This document shows positions 47,669 to 62,700 of a DNA stretch of 64,000 nucleotides, piece by piece. A model generated the notes under the pieces. That model worked only from the letters and a program-made list of their open reading frames with translations. It searched no databases and had not been told where the DNA came from. A program made the translations under genes and the position numbers. The stretch lies in NCBI GenBank assembly GCA_030704615.1, contig CM060732.1, forward strand, positions 25,916,001 to 25,980,000, in the 5' to 3' direction. The DNA comes from Takakia lepidozioides (taxonomy: Eukaryota > Plantae > Bryophyta). The first letter of the stretch is position 1. Each line of letters begins with the position of its first letter.

Positions 47669-49906
47669 TCACCAGTAATCCCCACATGAACAATCCCCAT
47701 CTTGGAAGTGGTGAAAGCGGCTGGCATCCCGTACAACAACTGCTCGCCCAACAACCTTTGAGATGAACTTAGTGGCGGTGTGGCAGTCACCACACACCCT
47801 AAGGTTCTTGATGATGCGGATAGGCACCCCTGGGGGCGTACTAATGAGCCCAAAAGCAATGGCTAGCTTCTCACTGTGGTGGCAAAGAGAAAGTTCCTTT
47901 TGCTCTTCCTCCAACTCACGTAATACAAAGCGTGTGTCAGGCACATACCCTGCCTCCTTCATCTGCCCAGACAACCTGTTCAGCTCGGCGTGGATTTCGT
48001 CGATCCGTGGATGCAAATTGTCATTTACAATAAATGTATGTACACGGTTGTCCACCTCAATGGAGGTGCACCCTGGCTCCTTTCTGACACCTCTATCTTC
48101 CATAATTTTTCTCATCTTCGCTTTCTCTTCATATCTGCCTGCCGAAGCATAGATATTTGATAGCAGCACATAAGCTGCGGAGTTTTCTGGATCCAACTCA
48201 AGAATACATTTTGCAACATGCTCGGCTAGCTTCACATTGCCATGAATCTTGCAGGCACCAAGTAAGGCACCCCACACTGAAGCATTTGGTTCCACTGGCA
48301 TTTTCTTGATGAGATCTTCTGCCTCCTCCAATTTCCCTGAACGGCCAAGAAGGTCCACCATGCAGCCAAAGTGTTCCACTGTGGGTGTGAGGCTATGATC
48401 TCGACTCATGGAATCGAAGTAGTGACGGCCTTCATTCAGTAGGCCAACATGGCTACACACAGAGAGAAGAGAAATAAAAGTGATACCGTTCGGCTTCAAG
48501 CCTTCTCGTTGCATTTGTTCAAAAAGTTGCAAGGCTTCCTTCCCACACCCATGCTGGGCACATCCTGCAATCATAGCATTCCATGAGATAATGTTTCGTT
48601 CAGCCATATTATTGAACACACGAAATGCATCCATCATGCTCCCGCATTTGGCATACATGTCAACCAGGGCAGTCTCCAAATTAATATATGGCGCTATTCC
48701 AGCTTTGGTGATGTCAACATGGACCTGTCTGCCCTTTTCCAGGGCTCCTAAGCTGGCACACGCATTGAGAACGCAGGTGAACGTAACCCTATCGGGCGTC
48801 ACCCGTGCCAACTGCATTTGCTCATATATCTCTAAAGCCTCCCTACCACACCCGTTCTGAGCATATCCTGCGATCATGGCATTCCATGTGATCACATCTC
48901 GTTCAACCGTACTCTCAAACACTTGATGTGCATCCTTCATGCTCCCACATTTGCTATACATGTCCACAAGGGCAGTGTCCAACTTAGTATATGATGCAAT
49001 TCCACCTTTGATGATGTCCGCATGGACCTCCTTGGCTGTTTCCAGAGCTCCAAGGCTGGAACATGCATTGAGAACACAAATGAATGTGACCTTGTCGGGC
49101 ATCACACCTTCCTGTTGCATTTGCTTGTAGATCTTCAAAGCCTCTGTGTGACATTCAAGCTGGGTATATCCTCCAATCATAGCGTTCCATGAGACCACAT
49201 CCCGATTAACCATTTCTTCGAACACTTGACGTGCATCCTCCATGCTCCCACATTTGGCATACATGTCAACAAGGCTATTCTCCAGATTAGTATATGATAA
49301 GATTCCAGCTTTGATGACATCTGCGTGGACCTTTTTCCCCTCTTCGAGAGCTCCTAGGCGGGCACATGCATTGAAAATGCAAATGAAAGTAACCCTGTCA
49401 GGCGTCATCCCTTGCCTTTGCATTTGCTCATACATCATGAAAGCCTCTTCAGCAGGCCCATGCTTGGCATATCCTGCCATCATTATAGTCCAAGCAAACA
49501 AATCTCGTTCAGGCATTTGGTCGAACACTTGACGTGCTGTCGCCATTTTCCCACACTTTGAATACATGTTGACAAGGGTGCTCAGTAGATAGATGTTTGG
49601 TTTGAGTCCACTTTTAATAATGTGGGCATGCACTTGCTTTCCCTTTACTAGGTCTTTCATGTTGACGCACTCCTGCAAGAGACATAAGTAAGTATTAGAG
49701 TCTCCCTGAATGCCTTCTTGGTCCAAAAGGTGCAGTGCCTTCTTCAATTGTCCTGCCTTACATAGTGTCCTCACATCCACAATAGAACAGTTTTTGATGG
49801 CTCCTTCTGTTGGTCCCCTTTTATAAGCAGTGGTGATGGTCGAGGTGCAACCCCTGCTGCCAGTCTGTTGTCCAATAAGCAGCTGTGCCTGCTGCAAACT
49901 TGACAT
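47669..49906 (-). CDS. PLS-class pentatricopeptide repeat protein with E/E+/DYW cytidine deaminase domain (organellar RNA editing factor)
   Basis: Uninterrupted ORF with P-L-S triplets, PG box (KEPGCT), HSEKLA, CGDCH and terminal CSCGDYW. First ATG at 49906. Confidence 0.96.
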   Translation of the reverse strand: MSSLQQAQLLIGQQTGSRGCTSTITTAYKRGPTEGAIKNCSIVDVRTLCKAGQLKKALHLLDQEGIQGDSNTYLCLLQECVNMKDLVKGKQVHAHIIKSGLKPNIYLLSTLVNMYSKCGKMATARQVFDQMPERDLFAWTIMMAGYAKHGPAEEAFMMYEQMQRQGMTPDRVTFICIFNACARLGALEEGKKVHADVIKAGILSYTNLENSLVDMYAKCGSMEDARQVFEEMVNRDVVSWNAMIGGYTQLECHTEALKIYKQMQQEGVMPDKVTFICVLNACSSLGALETAKEVHADIIKGGIASYTKLDTALVDMYSKCGSMKDAHQVFESTVERDVITWNAMIAGYAQNGCGREALEIYEQMQLARVTPDRVTFTCVLNACASLGALEKGRQVHVDITKAGIAPYINLETALVDMYAKCGSMMDAFRVFNNMAERNIISWNAMIAGCAQHGCGKEALQLFEQMQREGLKPNGITFISLLSVCSHVGLLNEGRHYFDSMSRDHSLTPTVEHFGCMVDLLGRSGKLEEAEDLIKKMPVEPNASVWGALLGACKIHGNVKLAEHVAKCILELDPENSAAYVLLSNIYASAGRYEEKAKMRKIMEDRGVRKEPGCTSIEVDNRVHTFIVNDNLHPRIDEIHAELNRLSGQMKEAGYVPDTRFVLRELEEEQKELSLCHHSEKLAIAFGLISTPPGVPIRIIKNLRVCGDCHTATKFISKVVGRAVVVRDASRFHHFQDGDCSCGDYW

Positions 49907-52319
49907 CCTGCATGACTGAAACTTCTTCGTTACAAAGCTTTTCACCCCAAACTCACATAATATACGTCTACTAAGAATTCATCTTCCTAAGAGCAGGTGT
50001 TCTCTCTGAGAAAAAACTGTACCAACTCTCTATGTCTGAATTGGAGCTCTTCAATGATTATCAAAACAATACCCATTGTATTCTTGGCTGGAAACTGCAT
50101 GGTTTATGACGCCATCCCAACCATCACCGGACTGTGCTCGAACTTGTATCATAGCAGCTAGTGCGGTTTTCACCCAAGGCGGATTCGACCAACCGTCAAT
50201 CCAAAGGACCTCCTTTGTCCGTTTATGCCGGAAGTCCGGTGATCTCGGGCTTCTCTGAGAAAACCACCGGTGTGCAGCTGAGCATCGATAGCTTCAACCA
50301 CAGCCTCACCAGGCTACAACCACCAACACTCCATACGTATCATTTAAAAGACCCCAACATATGTTTGAGCAAACCAACTGCAATGCTTTTGTAGAGTAAC
50401 AATAATACTAACCGAGCTTCATTGTTACAAATCAAAGCTGAAAGAGCATGGCCCAGTCCAGATGAACGGTTTCCTCTTCTAGGAAGGGGTAACCAAGAGA
50501 TAAACTGACCTTATCAGACCTGTTGTCCCACCATTGCGAAGGATCTGACATGAACTCCCGCCAACGGCGTTCTATACTTACTCCTTCGCCTGCACGTGAA
50601 CACCATTGAAACTAAGTTAGCAGATTGACTTCTTATCTCACAATAGGGGTTCGATAAATTTAGTCTCTCTCTCTTCTCTCTCTCTTCTCTCAGGAAATTC
50701 TCAGAAGTTTCAGGTGATACTGAAAAGAGCTGATGGAGAGAGAAAAGGGTGCTAGTGGAGAGAGTACACCGGTGTCGATCACCCGCATTCCTCTACATCC
50801 CCTGAATGACCATTCTTCGACCTAAATGCTTGAACCGTACTGGCACAAATCCAAGACCAAAAAGAAGATAACAAAACCAGCTTCAATTCCGCACCTTTTC
50901 TCGGTCCCCTTGGAGGCTGGGGAAGCGTTACAGCCATCACTTGCAAGGGCCGCTTGCCCAGCATTGCCATGCTGGATGCCCATGTCAAACCCGCAGCCTG
51001 GCCTGTCAATCTGCTGCATGCTTTGAGTCCTCCCTCCCGCTCCTCGCACAAGGACTTGATTACGGTGATGTCTTTGTGCTCGCTCGGAAGAAGAATCGAG
51101 CACGCTGCCATCCCCGTCTCCCCCCCCGTCGCCATCTGCGAGCTCAGCTCCCGAGCGACGGAATCGGTTCGAAATAGGAATCTGTTAAGCATATTTAGAC
51201 AGACCGAACCTAGGGCACAATATCGTTTCTAAAAATGGTTTCTAATATTAACCTCCGAGTAACCCCCCTGCAGGTTGTTTGGTGCTTGCAGTCTGTACTG
51301 GGGTTACTCCCTAAGCTAAGCTAACCTAACTCGGGTCCAGGGAAGCAGGAAGCCAGTCGGTGTTGCAGAGGTGTGCATGCCGCCCTCTCAACCGAGGCAC
51401 GAAATTGTGTGTGGGAGAGGAGAGATTGATGTACTTACGAGAGGAATTGAGGTTGCGAGGGAGTGATTGCGTTGCAATTTTGTTTTGGGTTGTGCTGAAT
51501 GCTTGCTTTAGCGATCACGTGGCTGCTTAGGGAACGCATGTGATTCAGACGGTTTTCCAGTACCACAGCCATCTGCTGGTACTGGGAGTCGATCCAGTTG
51601 CGGAATTCCAGAACAAACAAGATGACAGCAATGAGAAGGAGTGGAGGTTGACAGCAGGGATCTGTCACTGGTGAGGAAGGCGACAGATTGAAGCGTTGAT
51701 ATAGAGCGACACACATGAGCGACGCTCAGGCGATCCATGTACTACAGCATGGGTCATGCAGAAGGAGCGGACTGGCGTAGCGAGGGCGAGAGACGATGGC
51801 CACTGCCCTGTTTCTGACTGCCTGTCGGCGTAGGCTTTACCACAACGCTCAGCACCTTTATTCGAGGTACTCTTCTTAATAACGGGCAGTATTGAGGAAG
51901 GATTGTGGATGGTCATGATGTGTGTTGACAATGAGATGGTGAGAGGGGTAAGAGTCCCAGGAAGGTGGATTAGAAAATCTTTGTGACCACATCAAATTTA
52001 GGAACCGCAGTGATTGACATGAGTAATTTTGGACAGTCATCCAGACTAGGCCCTAATTCACGCCATCTCTCCCCCCTTTTTACATGTTTCTGTCAGAATT
52101 TGACCTAGTCTGAGAATTATAGCCAAAACCTTGGTCTTCTTGCAGAATTGCTGTAGTTGGTGAAATTTGAACCATTATAGACAGTACAGTGGTCATATCA
52201 ACACCAGGCAACACCGTGCTTGCTACGGGGAGCCCTTCCCATTTGTGCAGATTTTCTTACGGAAACATGCTCACAGTTTACAACTTAATGGAAAGCTTTT
52301 GCTGCTGATTCTGGGGCAG

Positions 52320-55300
52320 GCACCACACGCATGGAGGCTGCAAGCAACAGTGTGCCAATAGGGGGGTACCCGGGTGCCATCATTATGGTGGCAATGTATT
52401 CACACATGGATTCGCACAGACCTTGTCAAAGAATTTCAAAGCTGACCATTTTCAACCACTTTCAGTCAGGAGTGGGGTAGGAGACACAATGATTGCTGGA
52501 AGGGTGAGAGCTAGAGAATTCAATTCCAGGTATGAGGCCACATTTAATGGGCTGTCAGAGCTTGGTCGTGAGCTTTTAAAAGAGGTTCGGCAGGTCGTGC
52601 ATGCGACTGGAGAGTCAGTCGCAGCTGTTAGGGCAGATGTAAGATCCCAGGGGCAGGTGGCATGGCAGACCTTGTCTAACAAGGGCTACTTTAGGAAGCC
52701 CTTACTACCTCCATTGGGCAAGATTGTGAGTGCCACCAGCCTAGCTTGTGCACGCTCGCAGGTGGTACCCCGTATCTTTGCTGTAATGGTGGGGGAGGCT
52801 ACTTGGGCTCACCACAACACTGCTGTAGCTGAACAGCTTCAATTTACTCCTTCTGTTTACAGCCACACACAGTTTCACCCTGCATATCTACTTGCAATTC
52901 TACATTCGCTCCTGGAGGGTCTGATACTGTTGCTACGAGCAGCCTTCCTGGCAGCTCTTTTTACACCTGCGGTGGTTTTTGCCCCATTTGCGGACGCGTT
53001 TGGAGGAAAATATCGCCGACAATGGTTGCATTTGGTGCACTTTTCACTGGAGCATGCAGGTGCTGCATTTATCAAGTGGGGTCAGTGGGCAGCTACCCGG
53101 CCTGACCTTTTCCCCAGAGATCTTTGCAAAGAGCTATCAAAGCTGCATTCAAAGGCACCAGCTCATGATTTCGCGCAGACCCGACGGACAGTTGAAGGTG
53201 CTTTCGGACGGAAATTGCAGGAGATTTTTGAAGATTTTGAGGAGGAACCTGTGGCCTCCGGAAGTGTAGCCCAGGTGCACCGGGCTGTCTTACGGTTCCG
53301 GTACCCTGGCCAGAAGTCCAAGCCTATGCTAGTAGCTGTTAAGGTGCGGCACCCTGGGGTCACTGAAGTGATTCGCCGTGATTTCACCATTATAAATGCA
53401 ATAGCCAGGATCTCGGGTATTCTGCCTGGCCTGGGCTGGTTGAGGCTGGAGGAGAGTGTCCAACAGTTTGCGGTGTTCATGTTGACCCAGGTACTCTTGT
53501 TGTTTCCCCTCACCAGGACAGAAGATATTAATCTCTTCCACTTCTCTCCTGCTTCCCCCAGAGAGTCGTGCAAGGCCATTACTCGTACCTCATTTTTCTT
53601 TGCGTCCATCATGTTTGTAGGAGGTTTGGCCAAACTGCTGTTCTGGTGCTGTCTTGTGAGGTTTGGGTTTATCCTGAATGGGGATCAACTATGGGAATGC
53701 AGGTTGATCTTGCAAGGGAGGCAGCCCATCTGAGCCGATTTATCTACAACTTCCGGAGATGGAAGGATGTCTCATTCCCGAAGCCTCTCTACCCACTCGT
53801 GCACCCGGCTGTTTTAGTGGAAACATATGAGCAAGGAGAAAGTGTGTCCCGTTTTGTGGATCGCCCTGGCAAGCATTGTCTTAATAGTGCTCTTGCTTCC
53901 ATTGGCACACATACCTTATTGAAAATGCTACTGGTACTCTCCTTATTCTGTTGTAAAGACCTGTCTTCTCTGCCCTTATTCCCTTCCTTTCAAATGTTCA
54001 TTGTGATGCTTTGACTCACATGCAAGTATATGGGGATGGAGCTAGTCAGCCCACCTTCAAATATGTTTTAGCATTGTCTACAAGTCATATGTCTTGGACT
54101 GAGCAGTGCGTGTGAATTCAATGGGTCCTATAATAACACAAAAAACCTCAATAACGCGGGGAAGTGCTTTTGTTTGTGGGCGGTGACCAGGTTGACAATT
54201 TCATTCATGCAGACATGCACCCGGGGAACATTCTGGTGCGTATGGAGCGTGGAAATTCCTCCCCAGGAAAGCGAATGTTTCGTTCCCGGCCACATGTAGT
54301 CTTGCTAGATGTTGGCATGACGGCAGAGCTATCACATAGGGACAGACACACCCTTCTTGAGTTTCTTAAGGCCGTGGCCTTAAAGGATGGACGTCAGGCA
54401 GCTGAATGCACCCTCAAATTTTCTCGGGCCCAGAGTTGTCCCAATCCATCTGCATTCATTGATGTGAGTCTTACTTGCTTTTTGAATTCTTGCTTTTTGG
54501 ACAGACAAGCTTTGTTTAACTCTGATAAATATTTGCTTAAAGGCGTCTCATGTATGAGGTGAAGAAGGCTGTTCTGAAGCAATTAGTTGTTCCTTCCACA
54601 CTGTCAGCCTACTCAGCTTGTTCTGTGAAAGCCATAACTGATTTCACGTCTTTAAAGTCGTGCATTGGTGCATACAGGATGTTTTCTCAGGGTTATCTTA
54701 TTGTCTGTTACAATATGGCCTGCTGCCAGTCTTTGAATTTCTGTGTGCCAATTGTTGACATGGTGTCCCCCCTCTTTGTGGGTCTGGTGAGTGGTAGATG
54801 CATGTATTAACCTGGAAATTGGAGAATTCCTTCTGCAGGATGTTGAGCAAGTCTTTCAGTACTGGGGGACTGAGGAGGGGGATGCATTGCACGCCGGGGA
54901 TTGCATGCAGGAGCTGCTAGAGCAAGTGCGGCGTCACAAAGTCAATATTGATGGCGACGTCTGCACCGTCCTAGTCACCACCCTTGTTCTGGAGGTTTGC
55001 GAGCTTTATCACAATATTTGTGTGAAAGAAGTGTGGTGCATTATCCTATGTGTATAAGTGTATTAATTAATTATGTGCCTTCTGTCACCTTGGCACCTCT
55101 TTTTTCTTCCATCTCTGCCCCCTAAGCACTCACTCCTCCAAAAAGGCTGATGTTGTTTTGTTCTTCTGAGGTTGGAAGTTCACTTGCAGTATGTATAGTG
55201 TTTTTGAATTTCAGAGTCCTCGGGTGCTGATATAGTTTGCTATGGCAGGGATGGCAACGGAAGCTGGACCCGGAGATAAATCTTGTAGATACACTGCATG

Positions 55301-55368
55301 ATTTGCTCTTCAAAGTGGATTGGGCAAGCTCTCTTTCCTATACCATTGATGGGCTTATGGGCCCTTAA
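52320..55368 (+). CDS. ABC1/UbiB atypical kinase (ADCK2-like, probably mitochondrial); upstream exon(s) not resolved
   Basis: AFIKWGQWAATRPDLFP (KxGQ), ASGSVAQVH, VAVKVRHP, HADMHPGN, LLDVGM, VLEGWQRKLDP; stop at 55366-55368. Confidence 0.92.
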
Positions 55369-56765
55369 TAAATTTTTTGACTCTGATATTTGCCACATTA
55401 GTCTTGTACAAAAGTATTGATTAATTGGTCAAATCACACAATATATTTGTCATAGTCATGTCACATGCATGCTGTCATCTTCAGACAAGCTTTCACTCAA
55501 ACATCTTTGCATTGTCCGACATATTGCCCTAAAGCCCACTATGCCTCTTGAAGCTGATTCTGCACCACCCATGAGGTATCTGTTGCAAATTATAGAGTAC
55601 ATACAGGGACGAAGCTCATAAGTCAGGGTTCTAAGCCCTGGCATAGTTTAGGTGAGATTGCAAAAACGTTGGACCTGAAGAAATACTCAAATTGATGGAC
55701 AGATCACTAATATTGGCAGAGATGAACTAACCATATCCAAGGTGGCGCACAAAAGAACGCTCAATTTTTCTTGTAAAAAAGAGACAGGGAATGGTGCTCT
55801 CATGATCAAATCGGAACAGGACATAACCTTGCAAGTGTATAAGGTTTTCAGGGGGAGGGGAATCTCCTAGGGCCACACTGGAAACAATTGCATCTCCAGA
55901 GAGGAGCACCTAAAAATTACTAAAAATACCAGATGATATAACAGCAAACAATCACCAACTGTTAGAGGGGCACAAAGGTTAAATCCACTGGTGCTTGCTA
56001 CAAAGAGCTTCAAAACTTAAATGAGCTTTCAGCTTAGAGTTTCTGTTTGATGTCTCAAGCATTCAAACTACATAGAAAAGGAAAATAAATCTGTCCAAAT
56101 CGAATTGAAAATTCTCTAACCATACAGAGAGAAATTAGGAAATCATGATGTGTGCACAAGTTTATTTCCAGAATAGTACCTCATTGAAGGGGATAATACA
56201 TAGAACCCAAAGCACCCCCAACTTCTAAGTAAAACTGACCTTGGGAGTTAAAAGAGCTTGATTAAATACTCCTGGACAGCCTATATCATGTCGTCACGAG
56301 AAAAACTGAAAGTACAGTCAGTTAACCTTCCCCACACAGGCCAGGCAATACACTGGGTCTAGGAATCAGTTGTCCACCTTCTCGATGGTCACAAATCTGG
56401 TCATTGCAAAGCTTGATTACAGCACTAACATCTGCGAGATGTCTACTAGCCAGATGCGCAGTAGCACATCACACAAGTATCTACATCTAGAAACCATAGT
56501 ATCTGGGTATAGGTGAGGATCGGTACATAAATAAGCAACATCTACATGGAGGGCGGCACTGCAAAAAGGTATTAACTCCACAAAAAACCAACTTAATTTG
56601 AAGCAGACCACCGTTTGATGTTGTATGTTTAGGGTAACATGGGGGAGTCAAGTCTGTGTCTCAATGAACTCCGCAATTAATGAATTCTGTAAATCTACAA
56701 TGTTGTTTTGGCCTAAGATATTGAATGGCTCATACCAGCAAACCTCCATTCGTACCTTCAGACTC

Positions 56766-59700
56766 TCAGTACTTTCCAGGTGCCAGAATTCTGCCGATTC
56801 GTTGCACCGCATCTGCCGGTACTTCCCTGCCCGGAACGCTCACCTTCAGCAGACTTGAGTACCTGCAGCATTTCCCATAGTTTGCTCTCATGTCGGGCTC
56901 TACTTTCAACTTCGATCCACAAGAGGTGGAAGAAGACTCAAAATGCAGCCTAGACCTCATCCAAGGGCCTTAGACACACAATGTATGCCTCACAGAATGA
57001 CGAGAAAACTATGACAGTTATCTAAGCATTTCCCTACAAAGAGAGTTGATGTGAGGCACACGTACTCTGAAAAAGAGAACAGAGCATCATGCTCTGTTAC
57101 AAAAGCAATAAGTGCCTGCACCAGAGAAACCCAACCATTCCGATCCATTTTAGATCCTGAGAAAAATGCCTCTGGCAAGATCCACAACTTTCCATAGCCG
57201 CATGAGCAAGAGAGGGTTACCTCAAAGGGGAGGTTGAGGCATTCAAAATAGGTGCGCACACGGTCCAGACGTTCCTCCAAAAAGTCACCACTGCTTGCTG
57301 CAAGTGATGCTAATGCCTGGCATCCCATTCCCACCAGCCTCCCTTCAGTGAGCATATGCAGTTAAGAAGAAAGCTGAGATCCTGCACATATTCTCTGACC
57401 TCCTTTCTGTGGAATCAAAATGCGAAATGGGACTTCTCAGAAGAAATTATTACATCCACAAAAGGCCCAGAGAGGAAGATAGGACCTGCTGGAGGGCAAT
57501 GCAATTTCGGCAAATTTGACGTACTCCCAGCATATTTACTGAATTCATTTCATTCAAAGCCTGCCATCGAACCACCAATTTAAGAACACAGAAGTACCAT
57601 AAGATGTTGACATAAGATTGCTTCCGTTCTCGTCAAAATACAGTAGATTTGTCTGTAGGAATGCTGTTAAGCTTTCAACACTGTAAATGTGGTTGATGGA
57701 TATATTAGTCTATTAGTCTTCCATCTCTCACCATGAGTGTAACCAAAGGTTGGACGATAAGCATGGTTATGGTCAAAAGAGCTGACAGCAGGCCTGCAGG
57801 TGCACTGTGAGTATGTCGTGACATATTCGCAAATTCCCATAGTGGAGGAACGTGAATGCCTCACAGGCTTCCCAGTAGTATCCAATCCCAGTCATCCATG
57901 ATTGGAAGATAAAGATGACGCTTATCACATGTAAATATCAGAAAATAATGTCAAGCTTGACCTATCCATATGTTTCGTCACACACCACTAACCTTCATCC
58001 CTGCCAACCAGAGGGGTTTATTTGGCCCACAGCTGCTAAGACAATCTATCTATTTGTATACATATATGTGTCAACCTGAGGGCCTAATAAACTCTGAACT
58101 CACCTTTGCGACCACCAAAGATCAAATGAGATAGCCCCACATAGGAAACCAGAAAGAATGCTGTCTGATATCTTGGAGGGTCAATCTAGAATATAACAAA
58201 ACTTGACTATATCTAACACTGACCAGCTCTCTCCGGGTGTAGACATACTGAGTTCTACTAAGCACTGAAAGCTCCTAAGCAATCTAGCAGCCAATGTGGC
58301 CCTACCGATGTCAACAATTGTGGGCCATATATTTTTGTCAATAACTACATACAGCTCCAACCTCATAAATAGGAACGACAATCACCTTAATGAACGCAGT
58401 CGCTGACACACTGCAGATACCACCAAAGACATAGCTTCGTTTCAAAGGTGGTACATATGCAGCCATTTCCTCGTCTCTCCTTGCGATCTGTTGCATGGTC
58501 AACCAAAAACCATCAACCTACTGCCTGCCATGTGCGAGTTAGGACCAATAAAGGCTGCATACCAAGTACACCTGCAAGGAAGGACATGCTACGATATAAA
58601 AGTATTACATCAATCTAACCATTTTACAGAACCTTTCCAATTCTTGAAGGGATCTACCAAAGAACAGTCCTGTCAGATGCACTTGGACACACAGAAAGGA
58701 GCTCCACTGCAAATTCTTGCAGGTTACATCTACACGGCTGTACACAAACACTCAATTATAATTCAAGGGGAAAGACCTGAGTTGTAAGCGCCACAACAAA
58801 GTCTTCGGGCTCTTCAGCATCCTGGTCACTGAGATAAACCCTCCCTGCCATGCTCTGCCCTCCATGCCACAGCACATTCCTTAAAGGTTCAGCACCTAGA
58901 CCACACCTTCCATTGTGTTGAACCAGAAAGATTTTCTTGCTCAAATGGACAGTTTGAAATGAAGTTTGAGAGTCACAAGTTTGGCACACCATGCCCAGCT
59001 TGTTCTAGAGCCACATATGGTACGAAATTCGAAATTAGAGGACAACCCTAAACTAACATATACGTCACAATGCTACTTCCACTTGTACTAAAGCTTCAGA
59101 TAGGCAGAATCCTACTCTGTTCTTGACCAGCAGGATAACAGACCATGATAGATGCATGTAAGTCAATAAGGGGGAGAATCTGGAAATGAAACATGCACCA
59201 GCCCATCAAAGTTAACCCACACACCGTCAGTGCACAGGGTGCATCAGTGGTACCAAAAAAACTTTAGAATCCCCATACCTGGAGATGACAAATGGCTTCC
59301 AATTGCATTTCCACCCTAAGTGTACGCAAGCACTCTGCAGACAAGGCACTGTACTTCTCAGCCAGGATACCAAGCCCTGCAGTGAGTGCACTGCTTGTAC
59401 GCCGGTGGTGATGGACTTGATGCAGCGAGTTCTTCCTCTTCATTGGGGATCCTGGTGACGTATGCTGCCCCAACCTGCTTAACCGGGTCCCCATTAATTG
59501 CTGTCAACGTGGAAGACTAGAAACATAGAATACCTACTCTAATCATGGAAAGGTGCATTCATCAAGAAGTTTGAAAGAAATTACTCCACCCATGGAAGGA
59601 AGAGGGCCAACAGTGGCTAACCAAGAGCATGAGTGAGAAGTACCACAGATCAGTCACAAGAATAATGACCCAATCAGGAAAAACCAGCATCCTTGTGACA

Positions 59701-62700
59701 GTTTTAAAGTTACTGTGTTGTTGCCAAAACCAGCAGCTATTTAGGCATGCTATCAAGTAACGTCTACTCAAAGTCAAAGTAAACTGCTGTCACACACACC
59801 ACACTACACATGGAAGGTGGCAGAAAGAAGATGTGGGCACAGGAAAGAACAGTTGTGAATAAGGCACATACTGTTGAGCGGACTCAGAAAGATAGTCCAA
59901 AGAGTCACTGAGAGCAGCCAGCAGCATCAGCTTGTGATTGTCCAAAATCAGTTGTTCCTGATGTCCATTGTATCCACTCTCCAGTCAGCAATCACTGGGC
60001 CTTTGGGGAACAAGCTGGCAGGAGAAGGACCCTCCCAACTGACTCAAAGTGTGTCCTTTCTCTTGTGAATGGTCAATGATAGGTATGTAATACCACAAAG
60101 GCTTTCTCATGATGTTTGCTAGTTCAACTTTACTCCCACAGAATCCCCATCTAAAAGCAATCAACATTTCCTCACTTCTCAGAAACTGCTAAATACACTT
60201 TGACCACTGTGAGTCCCATAGTATTCAACACAGGTACTGAGGATGATATGCTTTTCCCAAGAAAACATGAAGAAAAAACCTCCACGGTGCATCAAACACC
60301 ACGAGAAAAAATGTGCTCAAGAAACCTAATAAATACAAAATACATTTGATCTGACCCCCTTCCTTCGTATGCATCCCTAGACATGGACAATATAACTATC
60401 TTTAGAGAGATTGATGACCTGTTTGATGGGGCACAGGCTAAGCAGAAGATTATTCATCTCCATTTCCACTTCCAAGCCTTCAGCATCAAGAGGTGCATCC
60501 ACTGTCACTTTCTGCCCGAGTTGACTAAGGTAGGTTGCTTCCAGCAGAGCATTGGCAGGCTCTTGTTTCATCAAATTTAGGACATCTGGCCGTCCAATGA
60601 CACTGGAACTTAGGCTGCCCAGAACAGCCTGCACATTTGACCAAACCACGATCAGTGAATACAATACGGATCTCCATTAATTGAACCTGCCACTTGGATA
60701 TGAAATGCTTTGACCCTTGCAATCCTGCGCTACCTCCCGATCTACAAGTGTTTTGCTCACCCAGCCTCGAAAGTAGAAGCGCGATCAAATTTACCTGTGT
60801 CAACAGTCCATTACCTCAGTATATGCAGCACGACAACGTTCAAGAGTGCGATCAAGGAGTGTTTGAACCAGCTCCAAAATTTCAGCTGCATACATGGGCA
60901 TTGCTTGTGCCCATCCCAGCACCTGGCATCACTCCAACTATTATAACGTCATACCCCTCAACACCAAAACTGGACTGTTCCAAGCAAAAGCTCACATGGT
61001 CGATGGCAGTAAGGCTATGGCAAGCCAACGTTCGCAAGGAACGGCATGCATACATTCTCTCAGATGGAAGTGCCAATATAATAACAATATCATCACTCAT
61101 CAAAGAAGAATTGGGAAACTTCAATACTTCTTTGCCATGAAAGGTTATAAGCCCTCATGAGAAGAGTTTTATCCTTCCACACTCCAAAACTGGGCAGTTT
61201 GGAGAGACCTTCTCAATTCAGCAACAGGAGCAGGAAGACATGCCACTTACTTCAGTGACCAGATGATTTGCTGCAAGAGGTCCTTGCAACACCGGCCTGC
61301 CCTTTTCAACCGACGACTCATACAATGCCCCTGGGTGAGCTTTCAACCGAAATGCAGATGGGCCTGTATGAGATACCAATAGCTTAAAAAGGTCAAGAAA
61401 CTATACTAATGAACTGTAAGTTCCAAGAAGTCATAGCATGAACTTCCTCAAGAGTACTTACATCAGAGAGTCTGGTGCTCACGTATTGCAAGAACTACAA
61501 CTCATGTGGTCTCCTTTTAATAACTGATCTTACTTTCACAGAAATAAATGGGTTAAAAGCTAGGACTGTCTTAGTTTTCAGCTAGACAGCCTCCTTACTG
61601 AGACCAGTTATCCTAATAGTGCAGCCTACACTGAGGTGTAGTAAACTGATCTTGCAGACATCTCAATCCAGCACACCACAAGCTTGCATTAGAAACCCTC
61701 CACAGGCTAAAAACCAGTGTTGTACAGACTTTTATTATCATTGTCTTGCCAAGTAAATACATCTACTCTGATCACACATTACTAACATGATTCATGGGGC
61801 AAAACTGGCACCAATTTCACCAATAGAGTAGGCTAAATAACTCCACACTATCCCAACCCTACCTCCCACTCTGTTCAGTCAAGCAGAGAAGCAGCTTACT
61901 TGCAAGGGCATCCGCCACTCGAGTACGGTAGTCCACATACACAATTGGTAGAAATTGATCCTTCACAAAATTCTCGATAAAACCTTGAAGACCATCATTC
62001 CTGAATCCATAAACGAAGTGATATCACCAACACATTATAACCAGCCATCTGTCACACAAGTCCTGCTAAACCTTGTATCAATCGAGTAATTAATACGGAC
62101 AGAGAACAAGATCAGGTGTAGCACCCAGTGTAGAAAACATTATGCTCGCTAAAATACTTACGTTTGTCCTAGTATAACTTCCAGGTTTGAGTATTTCTTA
62201 CCCAAGATTTGAGTATTTCTTAGGTAGTAAGGACATGACCTTGTCCGTGAACTGCAACCAACAAAGCCCATACCAACCACGGCCATACATTTAGCACGGA
62301 TAGAAGCTCCACTCTCTCCTTAAGACATATATTAAGCTTGATATGGCTGATTTGTACAAACACAGTTTTGCTGAAGATGCTCAGTGCACAATGGCTTCTC
62401 AGAGATTCATGTATCTTCCCTACACAAACCCAACGAGAAATTGTAATGGTCCTTCCTGGTAGGCCATTTGACGATTCTACAAGGCATATCCTCCCAAACT
62501 AGCCCTGTTGATCTGACACACCCAACCACTATTGCCACCGCACATGCTTTTTCTATTTGAGGTTACTACAGGTTAAACTGATGCTCTTAGTAGGACATAA
62601 ACTTCAAACCTCCAACAAAAAATCAAATATTTACAACATGCAGGAAGCTAAGGCTCTTGGACTTGCTTCCCTATATATTTCTCCAGCATAAACATGTCAC

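Noticed and set aside
47611-47859. Alternative-frame ORF with faint GATA-finger-like wording
   Set aside because: Lacks the four cysteines; it is a shadow frame of the DYW domain.
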